A DNA stretch of 64,000 nt, taken from assembly GCA_050248855.1 (NCBI GenBank), contig JBFWRP010000005.1:128001-192000 (forward strand), in the 5' to 3' direction. Below are positions 47,892 through 57,072 of this stretch, piece by piece. Position numbers and translations under genes: made by a program. The stretch is from Planctomycetota bacterium. GTDB taxonomy: Bacteria; Planctomycetota; PLA2; JAEUHO01. Each line of letters begins with the position of its first letter. Position 1 is the first letter of the stretch. Under the pieces are notes generated by a model, which saw only the letters and a program-made list of their open reading frames with translations, had not been told where the DNA came from and did not search any database.

Positions 47892-49676
47892 ATGCGCATC
47901 CCCTCCATCTCCCGCATCGCCTTCGTGGCCGCCACCGGAGGCGCCTTGCTGTTTGGCGCGGTGAGCGGCGCCGCGGCCGGAGACGACGATGGCCGTCGCG
48001 GCCACGCCGCCTTCGGCAACCGCACCACCGGCTCGCGCCGAGGCGGCGACTCCGGCTCGCCCGGCTTGCAGCCGCGCGCGCGGACCAGCCTCCCAGCCCC
48101 GTTCCAAGGGCCCTCGGGCGGATCGCGGCGGCGCAACGACGCGCCCTCGTCGAGCGGTCCCGTCATCGGCCACACGCGCGCGCGAGGCCTGTTCGGCACG
48201 ACGCCCACCGCGCCGCGCTCGGGCGGCAGCCCGTTTTCGAACCGCTCGTTCGGGACGAATGACCCGGGTTCGCGGGTCCTCGGCGTTCGCCGGTCGGGCG
48301 GCGGCGCACTCCCCTTTGCGGCCTCCGGCGGGTCCGTCCCGAGCGGGGTGCCTGTGTTGCGTTCCGGGACACGCCGGTCCTCCGGCGGGGACACCTCGGC
48401 ATTTGGCACGGTCACGACGCTGCCTCGCACCGGCATCGTCGGCACGCCGAGTGCGCGCCGCGTCCCGAGCCCGCGGACCTTCGGCGGCCACACGGCCACG
48501 CCTTCGTTCGGCGCCTCACGGGTCGTCGTAGGCGGGGGCAACCGCGTCATCGGCACCCGGCGCATCGGCACCCCGGGTCTGGCGACGCCTCCCGGCCCGG
48601 GCGCCGTGGGCTTCGGCGGAAGCGCGGGTGGCACGGCCGTCCCGTACGCGCGCACGGGCTCGCGCGTGGCCCTGCCGAGCAGCCGTGTGGGCGGTCTCGG
48701 CTCGACCCAGGTCGTGCGCAGCGGCATCACGCTGGGCGGCCATCGTGCCTACCCCACCGCTCGCGTGTACGGCGCCGCGGGTCCGCGCGCATGGCGCCTT
48801 GGCTACAACGTCGGCCGGCGACACGGCAGCGCCTGGCGCAACGGCCATGGCTGGTACCTCGTCGTGGCGGCATCGACGTCCTACACCTGGGACTGGTGCC
48901 TCGAGCCGGTGTTCGGCTACGGCACGGTGTGGGTCTCCGACCCGACGCCCTACGTCGTGGACCCCGTGTACGTGGGCGGTGCGCCCGTCTATGGCGGCGA
49001 GGGCTACTACACGCCCGACGGCGTCTGGGTACCGGCGGGTGAGGCCGGCCCGTACCCCGCACCGCCGGACGACGGCCAGGGCGGCTACTACCTCCCCGAA
49101 GGCACGCCCTACGAAGAGACGTGGGACCAGGGCACGCCCGGTCTCGAGGCCCCGCACGGGGTGGATCAGCCCGAGCCCCCCGCCGGGGAAGGCGAGGAGC
49201 TCTTCGCCAAGGGCGTCGAGGCCTTCCTCGACGGCCGTCACGCGGAGGCCGAGCTGACCTTCCACCTGCTCTCGCTGGAGCAGCCGGAGAACGGCCAGGT
49301 CTGGATGGCGTTGCTGCACGCCCGCTTTGCGCAGGGCGACTACGAAGCCGCCGCGACGGCGCTGAACAAGGCGGCAGCGATCGGTGCGTTCCCGCGCGGC
49401 TACCGCTTCGATCCCACCCCGCTCTACCGCGACGGATCGTTCCCGCAGCGACTGCAGGGCCTCGAGCGGCACCTGGGGACCTACCCCCGTCACACCGACG
49501 CGCTGCTGCTGCTCGGCTACTTCCAGGTCGCGCTGGGCCAGGAAGCCAACGCGCGCGCGTCGCTCGACCGCGTCTTGCTGCAGCGCCGCGCGGACCCGAC
49601 CGCGATCCTGCTGCAGGAAGCCCTGCTGCCCGCGGAGATGCCGGACGCGGCGACCACGCCGGACGCGCCGCGGTGA
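47892..49676 (+). CDS. Secreted protein with a low-complexity N-terminus and C-terminal TPR domain
   Basis: GGAG SD; signal peptide; G/R/S/T-rich region; Tyr/Pro-rich segment; TPR helices (G..AFL.G..AEA, A.FAQGDY.AAA.AL). Confidence 0.7.
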   Translation: MRIPSISRIAFVAATGGALLFGAVSGAAAGDDDGRRGHAAFGNRTTGSRRGGDSGSPGLQPRARTSLPAPFQGPSGGSRRRNDAPSSSGPVIGHTRARGLFGTTPTAPRSGGSPFSNRSFGTNDPGSRVLGVRRSGGGALPFAASGGSVPSGVPVLRSGTRRSSGGDTSAFGTVTTLPRTGIVGTPSARRVPSPRTFGGHTATPSFGASRVVVGGGNRVIGTRRIGTPGLATPPGPGAVGFGGSAGGTAVPYARTGSRVALPSSRVGGLGSTQVVRSGITLGGHRAYPTARVYGAAGPRAWRLGYNVGRRHGSAWRNGHGWYLVVAASTSYTWDWCLEPVFGYGTVWVSDPTPYVVDPVYVGGAPVYGGEGYYTPDGVWVPAGEAGPYPAPPDDGQGGYYLPEGTPYEETWDQGTPGLEAPHGVDQPEPPAGEGEELFAKGVEAFLDGRHAEAELTFHLLSLEQPENGQVWMALLHARFAQGDYEAAATALNKAAAIGAFPRGYRFDPTPLYRDGSFPQRLQGLERHLGTYPRHTDALLLLGYFQVALGQEANARASLDRVLLQRRADPTAILLQEALLPAEMPDAATTPDAPR

Positions 49677-49786
49677 GCGGGTCGTCGTCGCGATGACGCC
49701 CCGGGCGAAGCGAGTGCTTCGCCCGGGTGCCTTTCCAACCGATGCTCGGAGGCAGGGGCGCGCGTCGCCCCGGGAGCACGATACGG

Positions 49787-50434
49787 ATGGCCCGACGCCG
49801 GTCCCGTCGCCGCAGCGGCCCCTCGTCGCCCGCAGCGGGTACCGGCACGACGCTCGTCCCGTGGCGGGAGCGCGTACGCGAGATCCTCGCCGCGCTCCGA
49901 CGTCGCGCGCAGCGTCAGCACGGGCGCGCGTTGACGGCGTGGATCGACGAGCGCCTGGGCGAAGGTGCCACCGCGCGCGGCGGGAGCGATGCGGACCGGC
50001 TCCTCGATGACTGGATCGCGTGCCCGGGATCCGCGGGCGACGGGCGCTCCGTCGCCGGGGCGCACGCCGCGGAGGCAGTCGATCTCGAGCCGCTCGAGCG
50101 CGACCAGCTGAGGCGCTGGGAGCGCGAGCGGCGGCGCGGCGTGTTCTTGGTGCAGCGGGCCCAGCGGGACGCGCTCGAGGTCTGGGACCCGCTCGAAGGC
50201 GCCCCTCTCGTGCTGCACCTGCTGGATCGGCTGGACGCCCCGAAGGCCTCGTCGCTGCGCCGCGGCGCGGTCGTCACCGCCAGCTACCAGCCCTGGGTGG
50301 CCCGCCTCGTAGCCGTCGGCCCGGTCGAGATCTTCGAAGCCGACGATGCACTCGACCTGTTCCGCCGCGAGGTCCTCGCCGCCGGGCAGGCTTGGCACGA
50401 CGCGCCGCCGCCGGCCCCGTCGCGCGCGACCTGA
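49787..50434 (+). CDS. Hypothetical protein
   Basis: Coherent ORF with host-like codons between annotated genes; no family recognised. Confidence 0.55.
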   Translation: MARRRSRRRSGPSSPAAGTGTTLVPWRERVREILAALRRRAQRQHGRALTAWIDERLGEGATARGGSDADRLLDDWIACPGSAGDGRSVAGAHAAEAVDLEPLERDQLRRWERERRRGVFLVQRAQRDALEVWDPLEGAPLVLHLLDRLDAPKASSLRRGAVVTASYQPWVARLVAVGPVEIFEADDALDLFRREVLAAGQAWHDAPPPAPSRAT

Positions 50435-50450
50435 CGTCGTCAGACCGCCC

Positions 50451-50491
50451 CAAAACGCAAGCAGGGCGACCGCCTCAAGCGGTCGCCCTGC
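50451..50491 (-). terminator. Intrinsic terminator after the selenoprotein candidate 50517-51281
   Basis: 13-bp perfect stem GCAGGGCGACCGC/GCGGTCGCCCTGC (50461-50491), followed on the minus strand by TTGCGTTTT. Confidence 0.8.
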
Positions 50492-50516
50492 GCGATGCGA
50501 TCCAGGAAAGCGGGGC

Positions 50517-51281
50517 TCAGGCCTTCTTGGGCGTGAGCGTCCAAAGCTCCTTCTGCTTCTTGGCGAGCTCGGCCATCTGGTCGCTGAGCTCCTTGCCCTC
50601 TTCCTCGAGCTCGGCGATGTCGCGGTCCTTGCCGCTCTCGCCGCGGATACGACCCAGCTTGTCGTTGATGACCTTCTGGGCGTTCACGATCTGGTCCTGC
50701 TCGGTGAGGATCTTGAGGTGCTCGTCGACGACCTTGTCGAGCTTCTCCTTGAAGACCTTGCCAGCGACCGTCTTCATGGTGCTGAAGAGCTTGCTCGCCT
50801 TGAGCTTGCTGCCCTCGAGCACGGTCAGCTTGAGCGACTCGGGCTCGACCACGATCATGCGCGGCACGTCCTTGCCCTCGCCCTGGAGGACCGCGTCCTT
50901 CGCGACGTCGTCGGGGTGCATCTTGACGCGCCGGAAGGCCTTCATGCCGAGGGCGACCTTCTCGTCCTTGAGCGTGACCTCTTCGAGCTTGTCGAAGCCT
51001 TCGCAGCCGGCAGCCTCGTCGCACACGTAGATGATGATGGGCTTGTCGGTCCAGCGCAGGGGCGAGGCCGGAGCCTCTTCCGTGGTCTCGCTCGCCAAAT
51101 CACCCGTGACGACGGCCTTCTGCTCGACGCTGATCGTCTGCACGGTCTCCCAGGAAATGCTGAGCTCCGCCAAACTGGCGGGCGAACGACCGTTGCATCA
51201 GCCGGCTTCGACGCCGCCGCTGAAGAGCGTGCCGAGGGAGAGCGCGAAGAGCGCCGCCCCGAAAAGCATCACGTTGCGCAT
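50517..51281 (-). CDS. Probable secreted selenoprotein A (signal peptide, G-U-C, thioredoxin-like domain, coiled coil), 254 aa
   Basis: GAGGAGG/GAGG SD, ATG 51281, MRNVMLFGAALFALSLGTLFSGGVEAG, in-frame TGA (51198-51200, codon 28), then CNGRSPAS continuing in frame into the ORF-track ORF 50517-51173. Confidence 0.8.
51167..51181 (-). promoter_or_regulatory. Candidate bacterial SECIS element for selenoprotein A
   Basis: CCGCCA-GUU-UGGCGG hairpin starting 16 nt after the UGA; the loop starts with GU. Confidence 0.6.
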
Positions 51282-51510
51282 GGGTACCTCTTCCTCCTCA
51301 GAAGGCAGCGCCGCGGCGATGCCATCGGGTATGTCTGCGGGCTTGGCGAGCCGCCTGCGGGATTGCCGCTCGCCCTTCCGATCCGTCCATCGGGACGATA
51401 CATCCTAGCGTCGGGTTCCACCGGCGGCACCGATGCCAGGTGCTCGCGGCCGCCTCGGCGCCCCCGCGGCCCGGCGTTTGGGACTTGGGCCCCGGTCGGC
51501 CTTCTCCTCC

Positions 51511-51554
51511 AAAACCGGCGCGACCCCCGCGGGGGAACCCCACGGGGGCCGCCG
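51511..51554 (-). terminator. Probable intrinsic terminator after selenoprotein B
   Basis: GC-rich hairpin (CCCCCGTGGGG/CCCCGCGGGGG core) followed by GTTTT on the minus strand. Confidence 0.55.
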
Positions 51555-51576
51555 GGCACATGCCTCGGTGCCGGGA

Positions 51577-52425
51577 TCAGACCGCGGCGACCTTCAGGTC
51601 CGTCCAGAGCTGGGCTTGCTTCTCGAGCAGCTCGTCGCGCTCGCCGTGGAGCTTCTCCTGCTCGGAGCGCAGGCGCTTGGCCTTGCCCTCGTCGCCCTTC
51701 TCCTCGGCGGCGCTCAGGTCCTCACCGACCTTGAAGATGTCGGGGGCGAGCTTGTCCAGGGCCGCCAGGATCTTCTGGTGGTCCTTGACGAGCTTGTCGA
51801 CCTTGACGCCGTCGAAGAAGCCGTCGGCGACCTTGCGCATCGCGGAGTACACGGGCTTGGGACCAAGCTCGCGCTCCTTGTCGAGCACCTTCGAGGTGGA
51901 GCGCAGCGGGTCGAGCAGGACGAGACGCGGATGGGCCTCGCCGGCGCCCGCCAGCATGGGCTCGCGCGCGGCGTCCTCCGGCGTCATGCGCACGCAGCGG
52001 AACGCACGGCTGGCCAGCGCGATCTTCTCGTCGACGAACGTCTCCGTCTCGAGCGAGTCCAGGAGCTCGTCCTGGCCCAGGTCATCGCAAACGAGCACCA
52101 GGAAGGGCTGCGTCCACTCGGGGGCCGGCGCGGCCTCGGCCTCGCCCTCTTCGGCGTCGATCGTGACGCCCGTGATCACACGCTTCACCTGCGTCAGGTG
52201 ATGCACGCGCTGCCAACGGATCTCGAGTGCGCGGGCCGACTCGGGCGCGCGCGCCTTGCCATCGGGCGTCGTGACGCGACCGCCCCCGGCCACGCTACCA
52301 GCGCCTACGTTGCCCCCTCCGCGACCTGCGGAGCCGCCACCGCATCAACCGGCGTCGGCGGGGCGAAGGGATGTGGTCGAAACAGCCAGCCCGAGGGCGG
52401 CCGCGATGGCAAGCAAGGTGCGCAT
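51577..52425 (-). CDS. Probable secreted selenoprotein B (paralogue of A), 282 aa
   Basis: GGAG upstream, ATG 52425, MRTLLAIAAALGLAVSTTSLRPADAG, in-frame TGA (52345-52347, codon 27), then CGGGSAG... in frame with ORF 51577-52293; shares WT.P....VCD, DEK.AL...AFR.V.M.P.D and PR with A. Confidence 0.82.
52317..52333 (-). promoter_or_regulatory. Candidate bacterial SECIS element for selenoprotein B
   Basis: CUCCGC-AGGUC-GCGGAG hairpin starting exactly 11 nt after the UGA; spacing and GCAGGUC core match the E. coli fdhF SECIS. Confidence 0.75.
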
Positions 52426-52629
52426 GGGATCGGAGTCTCCGTGCGAGGGGCCGCTCGGGAGCGGTCAGGCCGATCAAGCATAGCCCATGGAGGGCCCGCC
52501 CGGACCGTGGGGAAATCTGGGATCCGGGGACGGGAGCCCCGGGCCCAGGGCCCCGCGGCGCCGGACCCGGAAGGGAGGGGGAGTAGAGTGCCCCCCCGCC
52601 CGAGCCAGGCGGGCCGGGAGGGCATGGCC

Positions 52630-55600
52630 ATGAAGCGCGCAGCGACGGGGTACCGACGGATCGGAGTCGTCTGGGTGGCCCTGGCCCTGGTCCTCGCGGT
52701 GGGCCCGAGCCTGCCAGGGGCCTCGGGGGCGGAGCCGCCCCCGGAGACGCTCCTCCTCGGCGATCCCGACGTCTCCGCCGATGCCCTCGTCTTCGCCTAT
52801 GCCGGCGACCTGTGGCTTGCGCCGCGCGAAGGGGGCACGGCCCGGCGCCTGACGAGCGCCCCCGGCCGCGAGCACAACCCGAGGTTCAGCCCGGACGGAC
52901 GGACCATCGCCTACACGGCCGAGCAGGACGGGCAGGCCGACGTGTACGTGCTGCCGATCGAGGGCGGGCGCCCGCGCCGCCTGACGTGGCACCCCGGCGG
53001 CGATCACGTCCTCGGGTGGACGCCCGACGGCGCCGAGGTGCTGTTCGCCAGCCGCCGGCACGGCTGGCCGCCGGACCCTGGTCTCTACGCCGTGCGCGCC
53101 GACGGGAGCCCGCTGCCCCGCCGCTTTCCCGTCCCCGGCGTCGGCCATGCCGATCTCGACCCCGACGGTCGCCGTCTGGCCTACACGGACCTGCGCGACG
53201 CGTTCCGCTCGTGGAAGCGCTACCGCGGAGGGCGCACGCCCGACGTGAAGGTGCTCGACCTCGCGACGAACGAGGTCGCGGCGGTTCCGCACGTCAACGC
53301 GTCCGACACGATGCCCGTGTGGTGCGCGGGCAACGTGTGGTTCCTGTCCGACCGCGACGGCCGCATGAACCTCTGGCGCCACGAGCCGGGCAGCGATCGC
53401 GTCACGCAGGTCACCCGCGCCACGCGCGACGACTTCGACCTGGCTTCGCTGGCCGCGGGCCCCGACGCGCTGGTGTTCGCGCAAGGGGGCGCGCTCCACC
53501 TCGTGGACCCGGCCACGCAGAAGGTGACCCGCGTGCGCGTCCACGTCCCCCACGACGACCTCGCCCGCCGCGCGCGCTGGCAGACCGTGTCCCAGCACAC
53601 GCGCTCGGGTGACGTGGCCCCCAACGGGAAGCGCGCCGTGCTCGAGATGCGCGGCGAGATCGTGACGCTGCCCCGCGAGCACGGCGCGCCGCGCAACCTC
53701 ACCCGCTCGACCGGCGCCCACGAGCGCGGGCCCGCGTGGAGCCCCGACGGCAAGCAGATCGCCTGGTTCTCCGACGCCTCGGGCGAGATGCGCCTCGTGC
53801 TGGCGCCCGCCGACGGGGATGGCGAGCGCACGGAGATCGAGCTCGAGGGCGCCGGGTTCTACGTGGACATCCGCTGGAGCCCGAAGGGCGACCGCATCCT
53901 CTACGGCGACAAGGGCAACGCGTTGTGGTTGCTCGATCTCTCCTCGCGCGAGATCCGGCTCGTCGCGCGCTCGCAGGGGTCGCTCGGCATGTGGCAGCCC
54001 ACGGCGGCCTGGTCGCCGGACGGAGCGTGGATCGCCCACGAGGTCGCCGACCCGGCCACGGCCTTCACGGACGTGGCGCTCTACGAAGTCGCGACGGGCA
54101 CCTCCACGATGCTGACGGACGGCTTCGCCGACGCGCACGAGCCGTGCTGGTCACCGGACGGAGCCTGGCTGTGGTTCCGTGCTTCCGTCGACGCAGGACC
54201 GCGGGCCTTCGGCCTCGACATGAGCGCGTCCACGGTGCGCGAGCACGAGGACAGCCTCTACGTGGCCGTGCTCGCCAAGGACGGCAAGCATCCCTTCGGA
54301 CCGCGCAGCGACGAGGGCGGCCCGGCGAAGGCACGCGGGAAGGGCAACGACAAGGACAAGAGCGACGACCAGGACGACGACGGCAACGACAAGGACGACG
54401 ACGACAAGGACGACGACAAGGGCGACGACGACAAGGGCAACGCCCGCAAGGACAAGGCCACGCGCGTCGACCTGGAGGACATCGGCCAGCGCATCGTGGC
54501 CGCCCCGCACGGGGGCGGCACCTACCGCAACCTCGTCGCGGTCGCCGACGGCTTGCTGTTCCTGTCGCGCATCGAGCGGGGGCGTACCGACCTGATGAAG
54601 CTCGACCTCGACGAGCGCAAGGCGAAGACCCTGGAGGAGAAGGTCGACGGCTTCGTCGCGAGCCCCGACCGCAAGACCCTCCTGCTGCGGCAGGGATCGC
54701 GCTGGAGCCTCTCAGGGCCTGACGCCAAGAAGCAGGACCGGCTCGATCTCGACGGCGTACGCGTGGAGGTGGACCCGGCCCTCGAGTGGCCGCAGACGCT
54801 GCGCGAGGTCTGGCGCCTGCAGCGCGACTTCTTCTACGACCCGGCGCTGCACGGCGTGGACTGGGACGCGGCGTGGACCCGCTGGAGCTCGCTGCTCCCC
54901 CACGTGCGCACGCGCGATGATCTCAACGACCTGATCGCCGACATGATCGGCGAGCTGTGCTGCGGCCACGAGTACGTCGGCGGGGGCGAGACGGAGAAGG
55001 CGCCCGACGGGCCGGCGATCGGCCTGCTCGGCTGCGACCTCGAGGCCATCGGACCCCGCTACCGCATCACGCGGATCCTCGAGGGGCAGAACTGGAACCC
55101 CGACCTGCGCGCCCCGCTGACGGAGCCGGGCGTCGACGTGCGGGAGGGCGACATCCTGCTGCGCGTCGACGGACGCGACGTCACCACGACCGAGAGCCTC
55201 TACGAGGCCTTCGCCGAGACGGCCAACCGCCCGGTGCAGATCGAGGTCGCCGGCACGGACGCACCCGACGAGGTGCGCACGTCGCTGGTCGTGCCCATCG
55301 CCGACGAGACGGCCCTTCGCCAGCGCTCCTGGGTCGAGGCCAACCGCGCCTACGTGGAGAAGGCGTCCGGCGGGCGCCTGGCCTACGTGTACATGCCCAA
55401 CACCGGCGGCGCCGGCTTGGCCGCCTTCGACCGCGACTGGTACAGCCAGCTCGACAAGCAGGGCCTCGTGATCGACCTCCGCTACAACGGCGGCGGCAAG
55501 GTCGCCGACTACGTGATCGACGTCCTCTCGCGCAAGGTCATGTCGTGGTGGATGAACCGCGAGGCCTGGCCCAGTCGCTCCCCGTTCGGCACGATGGTCG

Positions 55601-55977
55601 GCCCCAAGGTGATGTTGATCAACGCGTACGCCGGATCGGGCGGCGACTGGCTGCCGTGGACGTTCCAGCGCCGCGGGCTCGGACCGTTGGTGGGCACGCG
55701 CACGTGGGGTGGCCTCGTGGGCATCTCGGGCTACCCGCCGCTCATGGACGGCGGCGGCGTCACCGCCGCGAGCTTCGGCGTGATGGACGAGAACGGCCAG
55801 TGGGCCGTCGAGAACGTGGGCGTAGCCCCCGACGTCGAGGTCGCCCCCACGCCGAAGGACGTCGTGGCGGGACGCGACCCGCAGCTGGAGAAGGCCGTGG
55901 CCCTGGCCCTCGAGGCCCTCGAGCGCGACGGCCCGCCACCGCCCCCACCGGCCTACACGCCGCCTACGGCCCGATAG
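52630..55977 (+). CDS. Tricorn protease (S41 family, beta-propellers + PDZ)
   Basis: FAYAGDLW, PRFSPDG, WKRYRGG, PAWSPDG, RDFFYDP, IDLRYNGGG, AGSGGD (catalytic Ser), GTRTWGG, ENVGVAPD, DPQLEKAV. Confidence 0.93.
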   Translation: MKRAATGYRRIGVVWVALALVLAVGPSLPGASGAEPPPETLLLGDPDVSADALVFAYAGDLWLAPREGGTARRLTSAPGREHNPRFSPDGRTIAYTAEQDGQADVYVLPIEGGRPRRLTWHPGGDHVLGWTPDGAEVLFASRRHGWPPDPGLYAVRADGSPLPRRFPVPGVGHADLDPDGRRLAYTDLRDAFRSWKRYRGGRTPDVKVLDLATNEVAAVPHVNASDTMPVWCAGNVWFLSDRDGRMNLWRHEPGSDRVTQVTRATRDDFDLASLAAGPDALVFAQGGALHLVDPATQKVTRVRVHVPHDDLARRARWQTVSQHTRSGDVAPNGKRAVLEMRGEIVTLPREHGAPRNLTRSTGAHERGPAWSPDGKQIAWFSDASGEMRLVLAPADGDGERTEIELEGAGFYVDIRWSPKGDRILYGDKGNALWLLDLSSREIRLVARSQGSLGMWQPTAAWSPDGAWIAHEVADPATAFTDVALYEVATGTSTMLTDGFADAHEPCWSPDGAWLWFRASVDAGPRAFGLDMSASTVREHEDSLYVAVLAKDGKHPFGPRSDEGGPAKARGKGNDKDKSDDQDDDGNDKDDDDKDDDKGDDDKGNARKDKATRVDLEDIGQRIVAAPHGGGTYRNLVAVADGLLFLSRIERGRTDLMKLDLDERKAKTLEEKVDGFVASPDRKTLLLRQGSRWSLSGPDAKKQDRLDLDGVRVEVDPALEWPQTLREVWRLQRDFFYDPALHGVDWDAAWTRWSSLLPHVRTRDDLNDLIADMIGELCCGHEYVGGGETEKAPDGPAIGLLGCDLEAIGPRYRITRILEGQNWNPDLRAPLTEPGVDVREGDILLRVDGRDVTTTESLYEAFAETANRPVQIEVAGTDAPDEVRTSLVVPIADETALRQRSWVEANRAYVEKASGGRLAYVYMPNTGGAGLAAFDRDWYSQLDKQGLVIDLRYNGGGKVADYVIDVLSRKVMSWWMNREAWPSRSPFGTMVGPKVMLINAYAGSGGDWLPWTFQRRGLGPLVGTRTWGGLVGISGYPPLMDGGGVTAASFGVMDENGQWAVENVGVAPDVEVAPTPKDVVAGRDPQLEKAVALALEALERDGPPPPPPAYTPPTAR

Positions 55978-55985
55978 AGGGTCGG

Positions 55986-56432
55986 CTACGACAGCGCGTC
56001 GCCGGCCTCGGACTCCGCGGGCAGCAGCGCGTCGAGCTCTTCGATGGCCTCGGGGCCGATGTGTACGGGGCCGACGAGCGAGGCCCCCTTGTCGACGCGC
56101 AGGTAGCTGGCGCGTACGGGACCGGTGACGCGAGCGTGCTTCTTCAAGTGCAGCGTGCCGAGCACGACGGCCTCGCCCTGCAGCACGCCGTCGATGTCGA
56201 GGTCGTCCGCGCGGATGGCGGCGTAGACGATCCCCTTCTTGGTGATCGAGATGCGGTTGGCGACCGGGTAGCGACGTACGGCCACGTAGCCCTTGACCAC
56301 CACCGCTTCGGTGACGACGCGCTGGTTGCAAGAGGGGCAGCTGACGGACTTGGCCTCCGCCGCCACGCTCATCGGCGCGTTGCAGGACGTGCAGAGGATC
56401 CGTCGCTCACGGGATTCCGTGGGTCCGGGCAT
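55986..56432 (-). CDS. Bactofilin with an N-terminal zinc ribbon
   Basis: CTSC-x14-CPSC followed by beta-solenoid repeats (I..KGIV.A.I.A..L.I.G...G.....L.L...A.V.G.V.A..L.V..GA.L.G). Confidence 0.8.
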   Translation of the reverse strand: MPGPTESRERRILCTSCNAPMSVAAEAKSVSCPSCNQRVVTEAVVVKGYVAVRRYPVANRISITKKGIVYAAIRADDLDIDGVLQGEAVVLGTLHLKKHARVTGPVRASYLRVDKGASLVGPVHIGPEAIEELDALLPAESEAGDALS

Positions 56433-56457
56433 CGTGCGAGCAGGTCGCCGTGACGTC

Positions 56458-56489
56458 GGTGCGCCCCCGCCCTGCGGCGGAGGCGCACC
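56458..56489. other. GC-rich hairpin between the two bactofilin genes
   Basis: GGTGCGCC-C-CCGCC/GGCGG-A-GGCGCACC inverted repeat with no U-tract; possibly an mRNA stabiliser or attenuator. Confidence 0.45.
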
Positions 56490-56507
56490 CACGCAGCCGG
56501 CGAGCGG

Positions 56508-56915
56508 CTACTTGCGACCCTGGGCGGCCGCCTGCACCTGGCGCATGGCGGCGTCGAGACCGGTCTTGGGTGCGCCGGGCGCTCCCGTGCCGACCTCGCA
56601 GCGGCCGATGAACGTGGCGCCCTCCTTCACGACGAGCTTCTCGGCGCGGAGGTCGCCGGTAAGGCGCGCGGTCGGGTTGAGCTCGACGCGGTCGGCCGCC
56701 TCGATGTTGCCCTCGACATTGCCGTCGAGGATCACGCTGCCTGCCTTCACCTCGGCCTTGAGCCGGCCCCCGTTGTTCACGTGCACGTTGCCACCCGTCT
56801 GGATGGCGCCCTCGAACGCGCCGTCGATGCGCACGCTGCCCTGGAAGGTCAGCTCGCCCTTGAACGAGGCGTCGGCACCGATGACGGTGGGGCTGTTCTG
56901 CTTCGATTCGGACAT
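56508..56915 (-). CDS. Bactofilin (polymer-forming cytoskeletal protein)
   Basis: TVIGADASFKGELTFQGSVRIDGAFEG...V.GNIEA..RVEL..TARL.GDL.A.KLVV.EGA.F.G.C; AGGAG SD. Confidence 0.92.
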   Translation of the reverse strand: MSESKQNSPTVIGADASFKGELTFQGSVRIDGAFEGAIQTGGNVHVNNGGRLKAEVKAGSVILDGNVEGNIEAADRVELNPTARLTGDLRAEKLVVKEGATFIGRCEVGTGAPGAPKTGLDAAMRQVQAAAQGRK

Positions 56916-57072
56916 GGGAGTCTCCTGGCCCTCGACGGACGCCGTGACGGCGACCTTGGACTGCGGCGCACGCTAGCAATGGGCACCCCCATGGCCGGGA
57001 GGGCCCCGCACACGGCCCAAAGCCCGGTTCGACGGCCGCGCAGGCTCGCGTGCCCGCAGGAAACGCACGATT

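Noticed and set aside
51173..52293. ORF-track starts at TTG 51173 and GTG 52293
   Set aside because: No convincing SD, and they discard clear upstream in-frame signal peptides that have their own SD and ATG.
50517..52425. UGA reassigned genome-wide (code 4/25), or both genes being pseudogenes
   Set aside because: Many conserved genes here end at TGA exactly where expected (pccB, pdxH, ispH). Identical UGA placement, a following Cys and SECIS-like hairpins in two diverged paralogues fit Sec better than decay.
54340..54455. GACAAGGACGACGAC-type tandem repeats
   Set aside because: They encode the Asp/Lys-rich linker commonly seen in tricorn proteases; protein-level low complexity only.
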